Positions 1 through 10,095 of a stretch of 64,000 bases of DNA are shown here, in pieces (the stretch's first letter is position 1; each line of letters begins with the position of its first letter). Below the pieces are notes generated by a model. The model was not told where the DNA came from and did no database searches. It worked only from the letters and a program-made list of their open reading frames with translations. The stretch is from Marinilabiliales bacterium (GTDB lineage Bacteria > Bacteroidota > Bacteroidia > Bacteroidales > F082), in contig PKTA01000089.1 of the NCBI GenBank assembly GCA_002869365.1, positions 5,048-69,047 of the forward strand, read 5' to 3'. The position numbers were made by a program, and so were the translations under genes.

Positions 1-94
1 GCATTAATTTTTCGTAATTATTAAAATCGCTTAAAAATTCGAATATCTTTTTTTTATCTGCGTTCAGGTTAACTTTCTTACCTTCAATTTTCAT
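1..94 (-). CDS. partial CDS, N-terminal 31 codons only (continues past window start); possibly a small SRPBCC-fold protein
   Basis: Not in the ORF track (too short). The reverse strand from the ATG (complement of 92..94) reads MKIEGKKVNLNADKKKIFEFLSDFNNYEKLM and stays open to the window edge, 45 nt downstream of pyrE on the same strand. The family guess rests only on N-terminal resemblance. Confidence 0.4.
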   Translation of the reverse strand, partial: MKIEGKKVNLNADKKKIFEFLSDFNNYEKLM

Positions 95-139
95 AAGTTC
101 TTATTATTAGTTTTTGAGTAATTATAAATGATGTGGGAT

Positions 140-790
140 TTATTTTCTGGCATCGCTCCATGCTTGCGGATCTTTTCTCCAATCCATAAGCGACAATAAA
201 TCATTGTTGGAAATATACTCATTTTCAGTAGCAATATTTACTAAAACATCATAATCCGACAATGTAACCAGTTGGCAGTTAGCATTTTCAAAATTATCCT
301 CAGCCTTTTGAAGACCGTAAGTAAAAATTGCAACCATTCCTTTTACACTGGCCCCTGCATCTTTTAAAGCATCAACAGCATTTAAGCTACTTTTTCCGGT
401 CGAAACAAGGTCTTCGATAACAACAACCGATTGCCCTTCATTTATTACTCCTTCAATTTTATTGGTCATACCATGTTTTTTCTCAGAAGAGCGTACATAA
501 ACCAAAGGCAATCCCAATGCTGCGGCAACCAATGCAGCTTGAGGAATTCCGGCAGTGGCTACTCCAGCTATTACATCTACCTGACCAAACTTATCCTCTA
601 TGGCTTCAACAATCTGCTGGCGGATATAAGTTCTGATTTTTGGATATGACAAAGCAACTCTATTATCACAATAAATTGGTGATTTTAAACCCGAAGCCCA
701 TGTAAAAGGTTCCTTATTGTTTAGTTTAATTGCTTTAATTTGCAGAAGTGATTCTGCAATTTTAGCGGCTGAATCTGTATTATAAATCAT
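140..790 (-). CDS. pyrE: orotate phosphoribosyltransferase
   Basis: 216 aa. PRPP-binding loop VVVIEDLVSTGKS. Typical PyrE N-terminus (FTWASGLKSPIYCDNR). Confidence 0.93.
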   Translation of the reverse strand: MIYNTDSAAKIAESLLQIKAIKLNNKEPFTWASGLKSPIYCDNRVALSYPKIRTYIRQQIVEAIEDKFGQVDVIAGVATAGIPQAALVAAALGLPLVYVRSSEKKHGMTNKIEGVINEGQSVVVIEDLVSTGKSSLNAVDALKDAGASVKGMVAIFTYGLQKAEDNFENANCQLVTLSDYDVLVNIATENEYISNNDLLSLMDWRKDPQAWSDARK

Positions 791-792
791 AG

Positions 793-1419
793 ATGCAAAT
801 GTATAAAGTTTTTAATAATGGCTCCCTTATAATTATTAATTCAAAGGCTATTTATAATGAAAATAATTTAATGAACCTTAGAATTGATAATGAGAAGGAT
901 ATGATAGCTTTCACTGAAAAAATATTTAGTAAAAAAATTACAGTTGATACTCTACTATATAGTGATAACGAAAATCAACTTTTTGAATTGTTTAAGTCTC
1001 AATTTAAAATAATTTATGCTGCTGGTGGCGTTGTAAATAAACCAATAAGTGAAGGCGACAAACTAATACTATTAATAAAAAGACTAGGATTTTGGGATTT
1101 TCCCAAAGGTAAAATAGAAAAAGGTGAAGATCCTGCTATGGCTGCAATAAGAGAAGTTATAGAAGAAACATCTATCGATAAATTGCAGATAAAAAAAGAA
1201 CTCCCATCAACATGGCATATCTATGAACTCAAAGGAAAATGGGTTCTTAAAAAAACCTATTGGTATGAAATGACAACTTCATCAAAAAATATCCCCAGCC
1301 CTCAAACTGAGGAAGACATAGAAATTGCAGAATGGCGAATTTCCGATGAGGCTGAAGAACTTATGAATCAATCATACCGATCACTAAAAGAAGGCTTTAA
1401 AGAATATTTTAATTATTAA
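793..1419 (+). CDS. NUDIX hydrolase
   Basis: Nudix box GKIEKGEDPAMAAIREVIEETS (Gx5Ex7REUxEExGU-like). The start is uncertain, since ATGs occur at 793, 799 and 871. It lies head-to-head with pyrE. Confidence 0.8.
   Translation: MQMYKVFNNGSLIIINSKAIYNENNLMNLRIDNEKDMIAFTEKIFSKKITVDTLLYSDNENQLFELFKSQFKIIYAAGGVVNKPISEGDKLILLIKRLGFWDFPKGKIEKGEDPAMAAIREVIEETSIDKLQIKKELPSTWHIYELKGKWVLKKTYWYEMTTSSKNIPSPQTEEDIEIAEWRISDEAEELMNQSYRSLKEGFKEYFNY
796..803 (-). promoter_or_regulatory. -7 box TACATTTG, 5 nt upstream of the pyrE ATG
   Basis: Exact TAnnTTTG match on the minus strand (complement of caaatgta). It lies inside the first codons of the divergent NUDIX ORF. Confidence 0.4.
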
Positions 1420-1446
1420 TCAACATATATTACTTTTACAATAATT

Positions 1447-1454
1447 TAAATTTG
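1447..1454 (+). promoter_or_regulatory. -7 box TAAATTTG, 5 nt upstream of the coaD ATG
   Basis: Exact TAnnTTTG match. Spacer aaaag, then the ATG at 1460. Confidence 0.45.
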
Positions 1455-1459
1455 AAAAG

Positions 1460-1918
1460 ATGAGTAAAATAGCAATATTTCCCGGTTCCTTCGATCCTAT
1501 TACCTTGGGGCATGTTTCAATTGTTAAAAGAGCAGCATCATTATTTGATAAAATAATTGTTGCTATTGGTGTAAACTCATCAAAAAAAAGCATGTTTTCG
1601 CTTGAAAAAAGAAAAGAATGGATAGCAGAAGTTTTTAAAGATTATGACAATGTTGAAGTTGAATCTTATACAGGATTAACAATAGATTTTTGTAAAAAAA
1701 CAGATGCTAAATATATACTAAGAGGACTGCGAACTGCTGCCGATTTTGAATTTGAAAGAGGCATTGGACAGGTAAATTTTATGATGGATGAAGATATAGA
1801 AACTGTATTTTTACTTACCGAAGCCAAGTATACTCCAATTAACTCTTCAATTGTTAGAGATGTTTATAAAAATGGCGGTGACCTTTCCAAATTAATCCCA
1901 CCTGAAGTAATATTATAA
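1460..1918 (+). CDS. coaD: phosphopantetheine adenylyltransferase
   Basis: 152 aa. Nucleotidyltransferase motif PGSFDPITLGH. Typical CoaD length. Confidence 0.93.
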   Translation: MSKIAIFPGSFDPITLGHVSIVKRAASLFDKIIVAIGVNSSKKSMFSLEKRKEWIAEVFKDYDNVEVESYTGLTIDFCKKTDAKYILRGLRTAADFEFERGIGQVNFMMDEDIETVFLLTEAKYTPINSSIVRDVYKNGGDLSKLIPPEVIL

Positions 1919-1957
1919 ATTGTATATCGTTTTATTCAAAATTTAAATTTTTGTTTC

Positions 1958-3355
1958 GTGAAAAAGTTTATTCTATTTCCACTATTATTTATTTGCCTTT
2001 TTACATACTCTCAAAACGCAGAAATATCAGGTAATGTAGGAGAGAACAAAGTAAAGATGCTTAGATTAATTGCCCTGGCTGATCAGTTTTCGATGCTGGA
2101 AAAAACCATAGCAACAACATATTCCGATGAATCCGGTAATTTTTCTATAGAAGCAACTCTTACAAAAACACAAATGACTTTACTAGCTGTTGATTTGACT
2201 AAAGGAGACATCTTTTTAAAACCGCAATCAAACATCGAATTATCAATAGTTAATGACACAAGTTCAGAATTACAATCTATTTATGAGCAAGTTCCTCTTC
2301 AATATAATATCATTAATGATGAAGATTTAAATACCAACATCCGAAAGTTTAATGTTATCTACAATGGATTTTTATTGAAAAACTTTAACCGAATTTCCCG
2401 TTCACGGTCGAACACATTAATAAATAATTTCAAACACGAAATGGATTCTATATTTGAGGGGTATAAAAATGATTTTTTTGCCAATTATCGCAAATACAGA
2501 ATAGGGGCACTGGAATTAATTAGCAGAAGGAAAAGCGAAATCATGTTAATGGATGAATATTTTCTCAATAAGAAAATTCTGTACAATAATATTGAATATG
2601 CATCCTTATTCACAGAAGTATTTAATAATTATATACTTAGTGGAAACAGCGGAATTGATTATGCCAAATTGCTTGAAACAATCAACTACTCAACCAATTA
2701 TAAAAAGTTTGACGAAATGGTTGCGGCGGGGAATTATAAACTTGAGCCAGACAGACGACTGAGAGAACTTATTGAAATTATTAGTCTGGCAAAACTTTAT
2801 AATACCAAAGGTTTTTACAGAAATAACATTATTAAATATCTTCGACAAATAGAAAGAAACAGCGAATTCAAGGAACACCGAAATATTGCATCCAACTATA
2901 TTACAAAACTTGAAAAGTTTATCTGGGGTTCTCCCACCCCCCTATTTTCATTAAAAACACCTGATAACAAAATAGTTACAAACGATAGTTTAAAAGGTGA
3001 ATTTGTGTTGCTTGCCTTTATGAAGGGCGATTCGAAACTTTGCTTATCGCATATTAGTTTGATAGATGAACTTCGCCAAAAGTTCAATAGCAAATTGAAA
3101 ATAATTATGCTGGTTGAAGGCAATCCTAATTCAATATCCAATTTCATGTATGAAAGAGATTATGAATGGCCTGTTCTAGAAATTGATGACATTTTACTAA
3201 TAGAAGAATTTGGTATTAAAGTTTACCCTACATATATGCTGTTAAATCCCGACGGAAGTATTTCATCTTCTTCAACACCTATGCCGGATGAAAATATTGC
3301 TCCCTTTATTAATTCATTAATGAAAAAGTGGGAGAAAATAAAAATATCGAATTAG
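1958..3355 (+). CDS. secreted TlpA-like thioredoxin-fold protein with a degenerate SxxC active site
   Basis: GTG start followed by a signal peptide (FILFPLLFICLFTYSQ). The C-terminal ~140 aa align by eye to TlpA/ResA redoxins: FVLLAFMKGDSKLCLSH versus xxLLDFWASWCGPCRxE, plus a cis-Pro loop VYPTYMLLNPDG. Confidence 0.6.
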   Translation: MKKFILFPLLFICLFTYSQNAEISGNVGENKVKMLRLIALADQFSMLEKTIATTYSDESGNFSIEATLTKTQMTLLAVDLTKGDIFLKPQSNIELSIVNDTSSELQSIYEQVPLQYNIINDEDLNTNIRKFNVIYNGFLLKNFNRISRSRSNTLINNFKHEMDSIFEGYKNDFFANYRKYRIGALELISRRKSEIMLMDEYFLNKKILYNNIEYASLFTEVFNNYILSGNSGIDYAKLLETINYSTNYKKFDEMVAAGNYKLEPDRRLRELIEIISLAKLYNTKGFYRNNIIKYLRQIERNSEFKEHRNIASNYITKLEKFIWGSPTPLFSLKTPDNKIVTNDSLKGEFVLLAFMKGDSKLCLSHISLIDELRQKFNSKLKIIMLVEGNPNSISNFMYERDYEWPVLEIDDILLIEEFGIKVYPTYMLLNPDGSISSSSTPMPDENIAPFINSLMKKWEKIKISN

Positions 3356-3408
3356 TCGCGGATATTATTAATTAAGATTTTTTTGTTTTGATTAATCTGA
3401 AATCAGAG

Positions 3409-3416
3409 TATTTTTG
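3409..3416 (+). promoter_or_regulatory. -7 box TATTTTTG upstream of secA
   Basis: Exact TAnnTTTG match, 70 nt before the ATG at 3487. Confidence 0.4.
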
Positions 3417-3486
3417 CGAATTAAGCATTTGCTAATGGAATAATTATTGATTAGCAATATCCTCAATGTTTTAATACAACAACATT

Positions 3487-6400
3487 ATGTTAGGTATAAT
3501 AAAGAAAATGTTCGGTGACAAAGCCACTAAAGACTTAAAGGTATTGCAACCTTATGTCGTTAGTGTTCATATGGTTGAGAAAGAAATTGGAGCACTTACC
3601 AACGACCAACTACGGGCAAAAACTCAGGAATTTAAAAAGCGAATACACGAATATATAGATGCTGATGAACAGGAGATTGTGCAACTTAAAAAGAAAATAG
3701 ACACAACCATTGACATAAGCATTAACGAAAAAGAAGCCATATATTCTCAAATCGACAAACTCGAGAAAACGTCTTACGAAAAAAGTCAGGAGATACTTGA
3801 TGAAATAGCACCAGAAGCTTTTGCAGTTATAAAAGAAACTGCCAAGAGGTTCACTGAAAATGAAGTTGTGGAAGTTACAGCAAACGACTTCGACAGGGAA
3901 ATGGCTTCGAAGGTGGAAAGTGTTAATATTAAAGGTGATAAGGCATATTATAATAACGAATGGATAGCCGGAGGAAACCTTATTAAGTGGGAAATGATTC
4001 ATTATGATGTACAGTTGATTGGTGGTACTGTTCTTCATCAGGGGAAAATTGCTGAGATGGCAACCGGAGAAGGAAAAACTCTTGTTGCAACACTTCCTGT
4101 ATATCTAAATGCCTTACCAGGCAAGGGTGTTCACGTTGTTACTGTTAACGATTACCTTGCAAAGCGTGATGCCGAATGGATGGGAATGTTGTATAATTTC
4201 CATGGTTTGAAAATCGATGTTATTGATAAACATGAGCCTAATTCTCAGGAAAGACGTAATGCCTACCTGGCAGATATAACTTATGGTACAAATAATGAGT
4301 TCGGTTTCGACTACCTTCGTGACAATATGACAGGTAACCCTGAAGAACTTGTACAACGTCCCCACAATTATGCCATTGTGGATGAGGTTGACTCAGTTTT
4401 AATTGATGATGCACGTACGCCATTAATTATTTCAGGTCCAACTCCAAAAGGAGACTTACAGGAATTTGATGCTTTAAAAGCAGATGTACAAAAATTATAT
4501 AATGCACAAAAATCTCTGGTAACTAAACTTTTAGCTGAATCAAAAAGTTTGCTTTCAAATCCGGCAAATAACGATCAGGTTAAAAAAGGTAGCGACCAGT
4601 TATTCAGGGCTTTCCGTGGTCTGCCCAAAAATAAAGCTCTTATAAAATTCCTTAGTGAAGAAGGAAACAGAACTCTTATGCAAAAAACGGAGAGTTTCTA
4701 TCTTCAGGAACAAGCCAAAAATATGCATGTAATCGATGATGAACTATTCTTTGTTATCGATGAAAAACAAAATTCTGTTGACCTAACAGAAAAAGGAATC
4801 GACTTACTTACAACATCTTATGACGACCCAACATTCTTTATCCTTCCTGACATAGGTGCTGAAATAGCAGAAATGGAAAAGTCTAGTCTGGGAGAAAAAG
4901 AAATACTCGAGAAAAAGAGTAAGATGATTCAGGACTATTCCATTAAATCGGAAAGAGTACACACCGTGAACCAATTGCTAAAAGCATATACAATGTTTGA
5001 GAAAGATGTTGAATATGTAATTATGGACAACAAAATTAAAATTGTTGATGAGCAAACTGGTCGTATTATGGAAGGTCGTCGTTATTCCGACGGATTGCAC
5101 CAGGCACTTGAAGCCAAAGAGAATGTTAAAGTAGAAGCCGCGACTCAAACCTATGCTACTATTACATTACAGAATTATTTCCGTATGTATAAAAAATTGG
5201 CAGGTATGACAGGTACTGCTATTACAGAAGCAGGCGAGTTATGGGATATTTACAAACTGGATGTTGTAGAAATTCCTACCAACAAACCAATTGTAAGGGA
5301 TGACAGACAGGATTTGATTTATAGAACAAAAAGAGAAAAATATAATGCTGTTATCGATGAAATTGTAACATTAGTAGAAAATAAAAGACCTGTATTGGTT
5401 GGTACTACTTCTGTAGAAACATCGGAATTATTAAGCCGAATGCTTAATCGTAAGCAAATAAGTCATAATGTTCTGAATGCAAAACTTCATCAAAAGGAGG
5501 CTCAAATTGTTAAGGAAGCCGGTAATGCCGGAATGGTAACTATTGCAACAAACATGGCTGGTCGTGGTACCGACATTAAACTAAGTAAAGAAGTTATAAA
5601 AGCCGGTGGTTTGGCAATTGTGGGTACCGAGCGTCATGAGTCTCGTCGTGTTGACAGGCAGTTAAGAGGACGTGCCGGACGTCAGGGTGACCCGGGAAGT
5701 TCTCAGTTTTTTGTTTCGTTGGAAGACGACTTAATGAGAATGTTCGGCTCTGGAAGAATTGCCGGAATTATGGACCGCCTTGGTTTAAAGGAAGGAGAAG
5801 TTATTCAACATTCAATGATTACAAAATCAATTGAGAGAGCACAGAAAAAAGTTGAGGAGAATAACTTTGGTATAAGAAAGCGTCTTCTTGAATATGACGA
5901 CGTAATGAACTCACAACGTGAGGTTATTTACAAACGTCGTTTCCACGCATTATTTGGTGAACGACTGGCGGTTGATGTATCAAATATGATATATGATTTA
6001 TGTGAACAGGTTGTAACTGATTATAAAAGCGAAAGTGATTTTGATGGTTTCAAACTTGAACTTTATCGTACTTTCACTTGTGAGTCACCGGTTGATGAGG
6101 AAGAATTCCAGAAATCTTCCACTGATGATGTAATCAACAAATTATTTAAAATCGTTTACGATTCTTACATTAAAAAAAGAGAAAGATTAGGAGAAAACAC
6201 CTTACCTGTTATAAAGGATGTTTACGAAAATCAATCACAATACGAAAATATTGCAATACCTTTCTCTGATGGTAACAGAGAAGTTCAGATAGTTGCTAAT
6301 TTGAAAAAATCGGTTGAAAGTGAAGGAAAAGAAGTTCCTCTTTCTTTTGAAAAAGGCATTTCACTTTCTACTATTGATAATGCATGGAAAGAACATCTTC

Positions 6401-6780
6401 GTGAAATGGACGACCTTAAACAATCGGTTCAAAATGCTACTTATGAGCAAAAAGATCCATTGTTAATATATAAGTTTGAGTCGTTTAATTTGTTTAAAAC
6501 CATGCTTCAAAAAATTAATAAGGATGTGGTTTCTTACCTTATAAAAGGTGACTTATTAATTAAAAATCAAAGTCAAATTAAAGAAGCACGGTTACCAAGA
6601 GGTCTTGACAGATCTCAAATGAAGGAGGAAAGAGGCGACTTATTATCACAAGCACATTCCGACACGCAGGAGAAAGAAAAACCTCAACCGGTTAGAGTAG
6701 AAAAGAAAGTTGGAAGAAACGACCCATGCCCCTGTGGAAGTGGTAAAAAATATAAGCAGTGTCATGGAAAAAATGCATAA
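3487..6780 (+). CDS. secA: preprotein translocase ATPase SecA
   Basis: 1097 aa. Walker [13 protein letters not shown] box ([21 protein letters not shown]), C-terminal zinc motif [14 protein letters not shown]. Confidence 0.97.
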   Translation: MLGIIKKMFGDKATKDLKVLQPYVVSVHMVEKEIGALTNDQLRAKTQEFKKRIHEYIDADEQEIVQLKKKIDTTIDISINEKEAIYSQIDKLEKTSYEKSQEILDEIAPEAFAVIKETAKRFTENEVVEVTANDFDREMASKVESVNIKGDKAYYNNEWIAGGNLIKWEMIHYDVQLIGGTVLHQGKIAEMATGEGKTLVATLPVYLNALPGKGVHVVTVNDYLAKRDAEWMGMLYNFHGLKIDVIDKHEPNSQERRNAYLADITYGTNNEFGFDYLRDNMTGNPEELVQRPHNYAIVDEVDSVLIDDARTPLIISGPTPKGDLQEFDALKADVQKLYNAQKSLVTKLLAESKSLLSNPANNDQVKKGSDQLFRAFRGLPKNKALIKFLSEEGNRTLMQKTESFYLQEQAKNMHVIDDELFFVIDEKQNSVDLTEKGIDLLTTSYDDPTFFILPDIGAEIAEMEKSSLGEKEILEKKSKMIQDYSIKSERVHTVNQLLKAYTMFEKDVEYVIMDNKIKIVDEQTGRIMEGRRYSDGLHQALEAKENVKVEAATQTYATITLQNYFRMYKKLAGMTGTAITEAGELWDIYKLDVVEIPTNKPIVRDDRQDLIYRTKREKYNAVIDEIVTLVENKRPVLVGTTSVETSELLSRMLNRKQISHNVLNAKLHQKEAQIVKEAGNAGMVTIATNMAGRGTDIKLSKEVIKAGGLAIVGTERHESRRVDRQLRGRAGRQGDPGSSQFFVSLEDDLMRMFGSGRIAGIMDRLGLKEGEVIQHSMITKSIERAQKKVEENNFGIRKRLLEYDDVMNSQREVIYKRRFHALFGERLAVDVSNMIYDLCEQVVTDYKSESDFDGFKLELYRTFTCESPVDEEEFQKSSTDDVINKLFKIVYDSYIKKRERLGENTLPVIKDVYENQSQYENIAIPFSDGNREVQIVANLKKSVESEGKEVPLSFEKGISLSTIDNAWKEHLREMDDLKQSVQNATYEQKDPLLIYKFESFNLFKTMLQKINKDVVSYLIKGDLLIKNQSQIKEARLPRGLDRSQMKEERGDLLSQAHSDTQEKEKPQPVRVEKKVGRNDPCPCGSGKKYKQCHGKNA

Positions 6781-6809
6781 ATTAGCATAAAATTAATTAG
6801 GCTTAAATT

Positions 6810-7232
6810 ATGAATGTTAGTGTTAAAGGAATTTTTATTGTTGTAGTAGTTACATTTTTAGCCAGTTGTTGTAATAAAAACAATATAAAACCTGATTATC
6901 CGCAATATAGTTATACTTCAAATATTGTTAATCCTCCTGATTATTTTCAGGTAAATTATAATGTTAGTTTTGCAGGAAATAAACAGGCAACAATAACTTT
7001 CGACACAAATTCTGTTTGGGCAATTAAAAAATTAGGCGATACCCGGGTGCTGTTCTCAGTTAATAATGGTATTGATAATTTAACAATAGTAAGTTTGGAT
7101 ACTCTTGGTTTAACAGGTGGAAAAGCATATAAATTTACTGCAAATAACAACTCCTCACTGGATTTAACTACATATATCGTAGAATTTACGAAGGTTAATA
7201 CTAACTATTCTACTTTCGAACCTAAGTTTTAA
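6810..7232 (+). CDS. hypothetical small lipoprotein
   Basis: 140 aa. Signal peptide with lipobox-like FLASCC. No recognisable domain. Confidence 0.5.
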   Translation: MNVSVKGIFIVVVVTFLASCCNKNNIKPDYPQYSYTSNIVNPPDYFQVNYNVSFAGNKQATITFDTNSVWAIKKLGDTRVLFSVNNGIDNLTIVSLDTLGLTGGKAYKFTANNNSSLDLTTYIVEFTKVNTNYSTFEPKF

Positions 7233-7396
7233 TTTATCAATCAATTTAAATTTAGCCTCTTTCCATTAATCTCATTTCAAATTACATTTTTGAATTAAGT
7301 TCCATTTTATAGTAACCTAAAAATGGCTTTTACTAATTGTTTTCAGGATATTTTCTCATATGTTTATTTTATTGCTTTACGAATAGTCGTTTTTTG

Positions 7397-7404
7397 TAAT
7401 TTTG
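7397..7404 (+). promoter_or_regulatory. -7 box TAATTTTG upstream of pyrH
   Basis: Exact match, 22 nt before the ATG at 7427. Confidence 0.5.
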
Positions 7405-7426
7405 GATATTGATTAAACATAAAAAT

Positions 7427-8134
7427 ATGACTTATAAAAGAGTACTTCTAAAATTAAGTGGAGAATCCCTAATGGGACAGCAACAATACGGAATTGATCC
7501 TGAAACATTGAAATCATATTGTGAAGATATACACGACATAGTTAAAAAGGGAATTGAATTAGCCATTGTTATTGGGGGTGGTAATATTTTTAGGGGTATG
7601 CAGGGAGCCGCTAAAGGATTCGACCGTGTTCAAGGAGATTATATGGGAATGTTAGCAACAGTAATAAACTCCATGGCATTGCAAGCAGAACTTGAAAAAC
7701 AAGGGCTAAAAGCAAAACTATTATCAGGTTTAAATATTGACCCCATTGCCGAATCAACAAGTGGAAGAAAAGCAAGTCATTACCTAAAAGAAGGTTATGT
7801 TGTAATTATTGGCGGAGGAACCGGTAATCCTTTCTTTACTACTGATACTGCTTCTGCTCTGAGAGCTGTAGAAATTGGAGCAGACATATTATTGAAAGGT
7901 ACCAGAGTTGATGGTGTTTATAGTGCCGACCCGGAAAAAGATCCTAATGCCACAAAATATACTACTTTGTCGTTCGACGAAGCCTACGATAAAAGCCTTA
8001 GTATTATGGACTTAACTGCTTTTACACTTTGTAAAGAAAACGATTTGCCAATATTAGTTTTCAACATGAATAAAAAAGCAAACTTACTAAAGGTTATTGA
8101 AGACAATACCATAGGAACTCTAGTTTCTAATTAG
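7427..8134 (+). CDS. pyrH: UMP kinase
   Basis: Motifs VLLKLSGE and VIGGGNIFRG. The ORF-track start at 7409 is a TTG. The ATG at 7427 (MTYKRVLLKLSGE) lies 22 nt after a -7 box. Confidence 0.93.
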   Translation: MTYKRVLLKLSGESLMGQQQYGIDPETLKSYCEDIHDIVKKGIELAIVIGGGNIFRGMQGAAKGFDRVQGDYMGMLATVINSMALQAELEKQGLKAKLLSGLNIDPIAESTSGRKASHYLKEGYVVIIGGGTGNPFFTTDTASALRAVEIGADILLKGTRVDGVYSADPEKDPNATKYTTLSFDEAYDKSLSIMDLTAFTLCKENDLPILVFNMNKKANLLKVIEDNTIGTLVSN

Positions 8135-8135
8135 A

Positions 8136-10028
8136 ATGCCCTTTCTAAAAAAATACAATATTTCCGACGATAAGTTAATTGTCTTTTTTATACTTGTACT
8201 GGCATCAGTGCTGCGCCTATATAATTTTTGGAATTTGCCATTTATGCATGATGAGTTTAGTGCAATTATTAGATCGCAATATGATAATTTAAGTGATTTA
8301 ATAGAGTTAGGCATTAAAACTGATAGTCATCCTGCAGGTGTCCAGATATTTATTTATTATTGGATAAAAATTTTCGGAATCCACGAATGGTCATTAAAAT
8401 TACCATTTATTATTTGTGGGATAATTTCCGTACTACTGGTTTACAAAATAGCAAAGATGTGGTTTGGAAGCGAGTCTGCTGTTTTTTCTGCTCTTGCAAT
8501 TGCAGTTCTACAGTTTACAATCTTTTATAGTCAACTCGCACGACCTTATAGCCCGGGACTTTGCTTTGTACTTCTTTCAACTTTGTACTGGACAAAATTG
8601 GTATTCCGTAAGGAATATAATAAAACTAATATAATTCTTTATCTATTGGCAGCAAGTATAGCAACCTATACACATGCCTTCTCTTTATTTTTTGTTTTTA
8701 TACAAGGAATAACAGGATTATTTTTCCTTAAAGGAAAAGTAAACTATAGGTACATTTTTATTAACCTTTTGATAGTAATATTCTACATTCCTCATATCCA
8801 AATTTTCATAACCCAAATGCAGAGAGGTGATATTGGTGGTTGGCTTGCCAAACCAAATATTAATTTTATACCGGATTTTTTTTCCTATACCTTCCACTAT
8901 TCTCAAATTTTTTATTTCGCAATTATAGTATCCGTTTACTTTCTTAGCACTTCTTCGAAAAACCGAAAAAAAGGAGCAAATAAATTCAGACTTATTTCAC
9001 TATTGTGGTTTACAATTACCTTTTTAACAGCATACTTATATTCTGTTTACCGCCATCCCATACTACAGTTTTCAACTTTACTTTTTGTTTTCCCGTTTAT
9101 TATTATGTTAGCATTTTCATATGTTGCTAATTTAAAGACGAATATAAAATACATATTCATAGTGGGAATTACTCTGGTTGGTGTTTTAAGTTTAGTAACT
9201 ACCCGACAACATTATCATATTATGTACAATCAGGGCTTTGATGGGATAGTAAATAATATTTCTGAAGACTCAAAGAAATACAATATTGTAAATCCAACAA
9301 TTGTTTTACAAGCACCAAATCAAAAAATGTTTGAGTATTATTTGGAAAAAAACAATCTAGATAATAATTATTTTAAAATTGTTGATGGCAAATTAAGTGC
9401 TTCTCTGGATAACTTAATTAGTAACAAAAAGCCTAAAATTCTCTTTTATGGATGGGCAGACTATGAAAATCTGAATACAGTAGCATATCTGAAAGACAAT
9501 TTCAAATACATCTTAAATAAAGAAAGTTTCTTTAATTCTGAATACTTTGTTTTTTCAGATACTCTTATCGATGAATATATATCAAAAGATATTGAGCAGA
9601 ATCATGAAATAGTTGATTCTTCTAATGAATTTATTTTCAATTCCCACAGGCCCGGCTTTAGCAAGCCCCTTGAAATACAAACAGATTCGCTTAAATTAAA
9701 CAAGTTTAGTGTTATTAATGTAATAGCATCTATTAATAAAATGAATTCCAATACAGATGCCTTACTTGTAATGGATATATTGGATTCTAAAGGTAAATCA
9801 TTATGGTGGTCAGCATCTAAAATAAATAGTTTTTATCATGATTCTACTGAAACTAAAGTATATCATTCAAAACGAATTTATGAAAACTATCCGATATCAA
9901 AGGGTTCTGTATTAAAAGCGTATATCTGGAAACAGGATAGTAATTTTTTACAAGTTGAAAGTATTGAGTTCTATATTTCTCATATCCAGCCCATAGAATT
10001 TGGTCTTTATAAAAGTTTAACCCCTTAA
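8136..10028 (+). CDS. GT-C fold (ArnT/PMT-like, GT39/GT83-type) membrane glycosyltransferase with an uncharacterised C-terminal domain
   Basis: 630 aa. About 10 hydrophobic helices in the first ~360 aa. First-loop acidic motif FMHDEF, as in ArnT/PMT families. The C-terminal ~270 aa are hydrophilic with no motif I recognise. Confidence 0.65.
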   Translation: MPFLKKYNISDDKLIVFFILVLASVLRLYNFWNLPFMHDEFSAIIRSQYDNLSDLIELGIKTDSHPAGVQIFIYYWIKIFGIHEWSLKLPFIICGIISVLLVYKIAKMWFGSESAVFSALAIAVLQFTIFYSQLARPYSPGLCFVLLSTLYWTKLVFRKEYNKTNIILYLLAASIATYTHAFSLFFVFIQGITGLFFLKGKVNYRYIFINLLIVIFYIPHIQIFITQMQRGDIGGWLAKPNINFIPDFFSYTFHYSQIFYFAIIVSVYFLSTSSKNRKKGANKFRLISLLWFTITFLTAYLYSVYRHPILQFSTLLFVFPFIIMLAFSYVANLKTNIKYIFIVGITLVGVLSLVTTRQHYHIMYNQGFDGIVNNISEDSKKYNIVNPTIVLQAPNQKMFEYYLEKNNLDNNYFKIVDGKLSASLDNLISNKKPKILFYGWADYENLNTVAYLKDNFKYILNKESFFNSEYFVFSDTLIDEYISKDIEQNHEIVDSSNEFIFNSHRPGFSKPLEIQTDSLKLNKFSVINVIASINKMNSNTDALLVMDILDSKGKSLWWSASKINSFYHDSTETKVYHSKRIYENYPISKGSVLKAYIWKQDSNFLQVESIEFYISHIQPIEFGLYKSLTP

Positions 10029-10068
10029 TTTTTTTTCAATAACATCTTATTTAATATCATAGAAATAT

Positions 10069-10076
10069 TAAATTTG
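10069..10076 (+). promoter_or_regulatory. -7 box TAAATTTG upstream of frr
   Basis: Exact match, 19 nt before the ATG at 10096. Confidence 0.5.
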
Positions 10077-10095
10077 TGGTAAAAATTAATATATT

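Noticed and set aside
3429-3457. An 8-bp hairpin (ttgctaat / attagcaa) in the secA leader as a possible riboswitch or regulatory element
   Set aside because: It is a single short AT-rich stem with a 13-nt loop, easily expected by chance in AT-rich DNA, and has no other structured or conserved-looking elements.
3610-4038. Large antisense ORFs inside secA (142 aa), and likewise inside the HlyD adaptor gene (48623..49033, 136 aa)
   Set aside because: They are fully embedded antisense to genes with unmistakable motifs. Their hydrophobic, low-complexity translations are typical of antisense AT-rich coding DNA.
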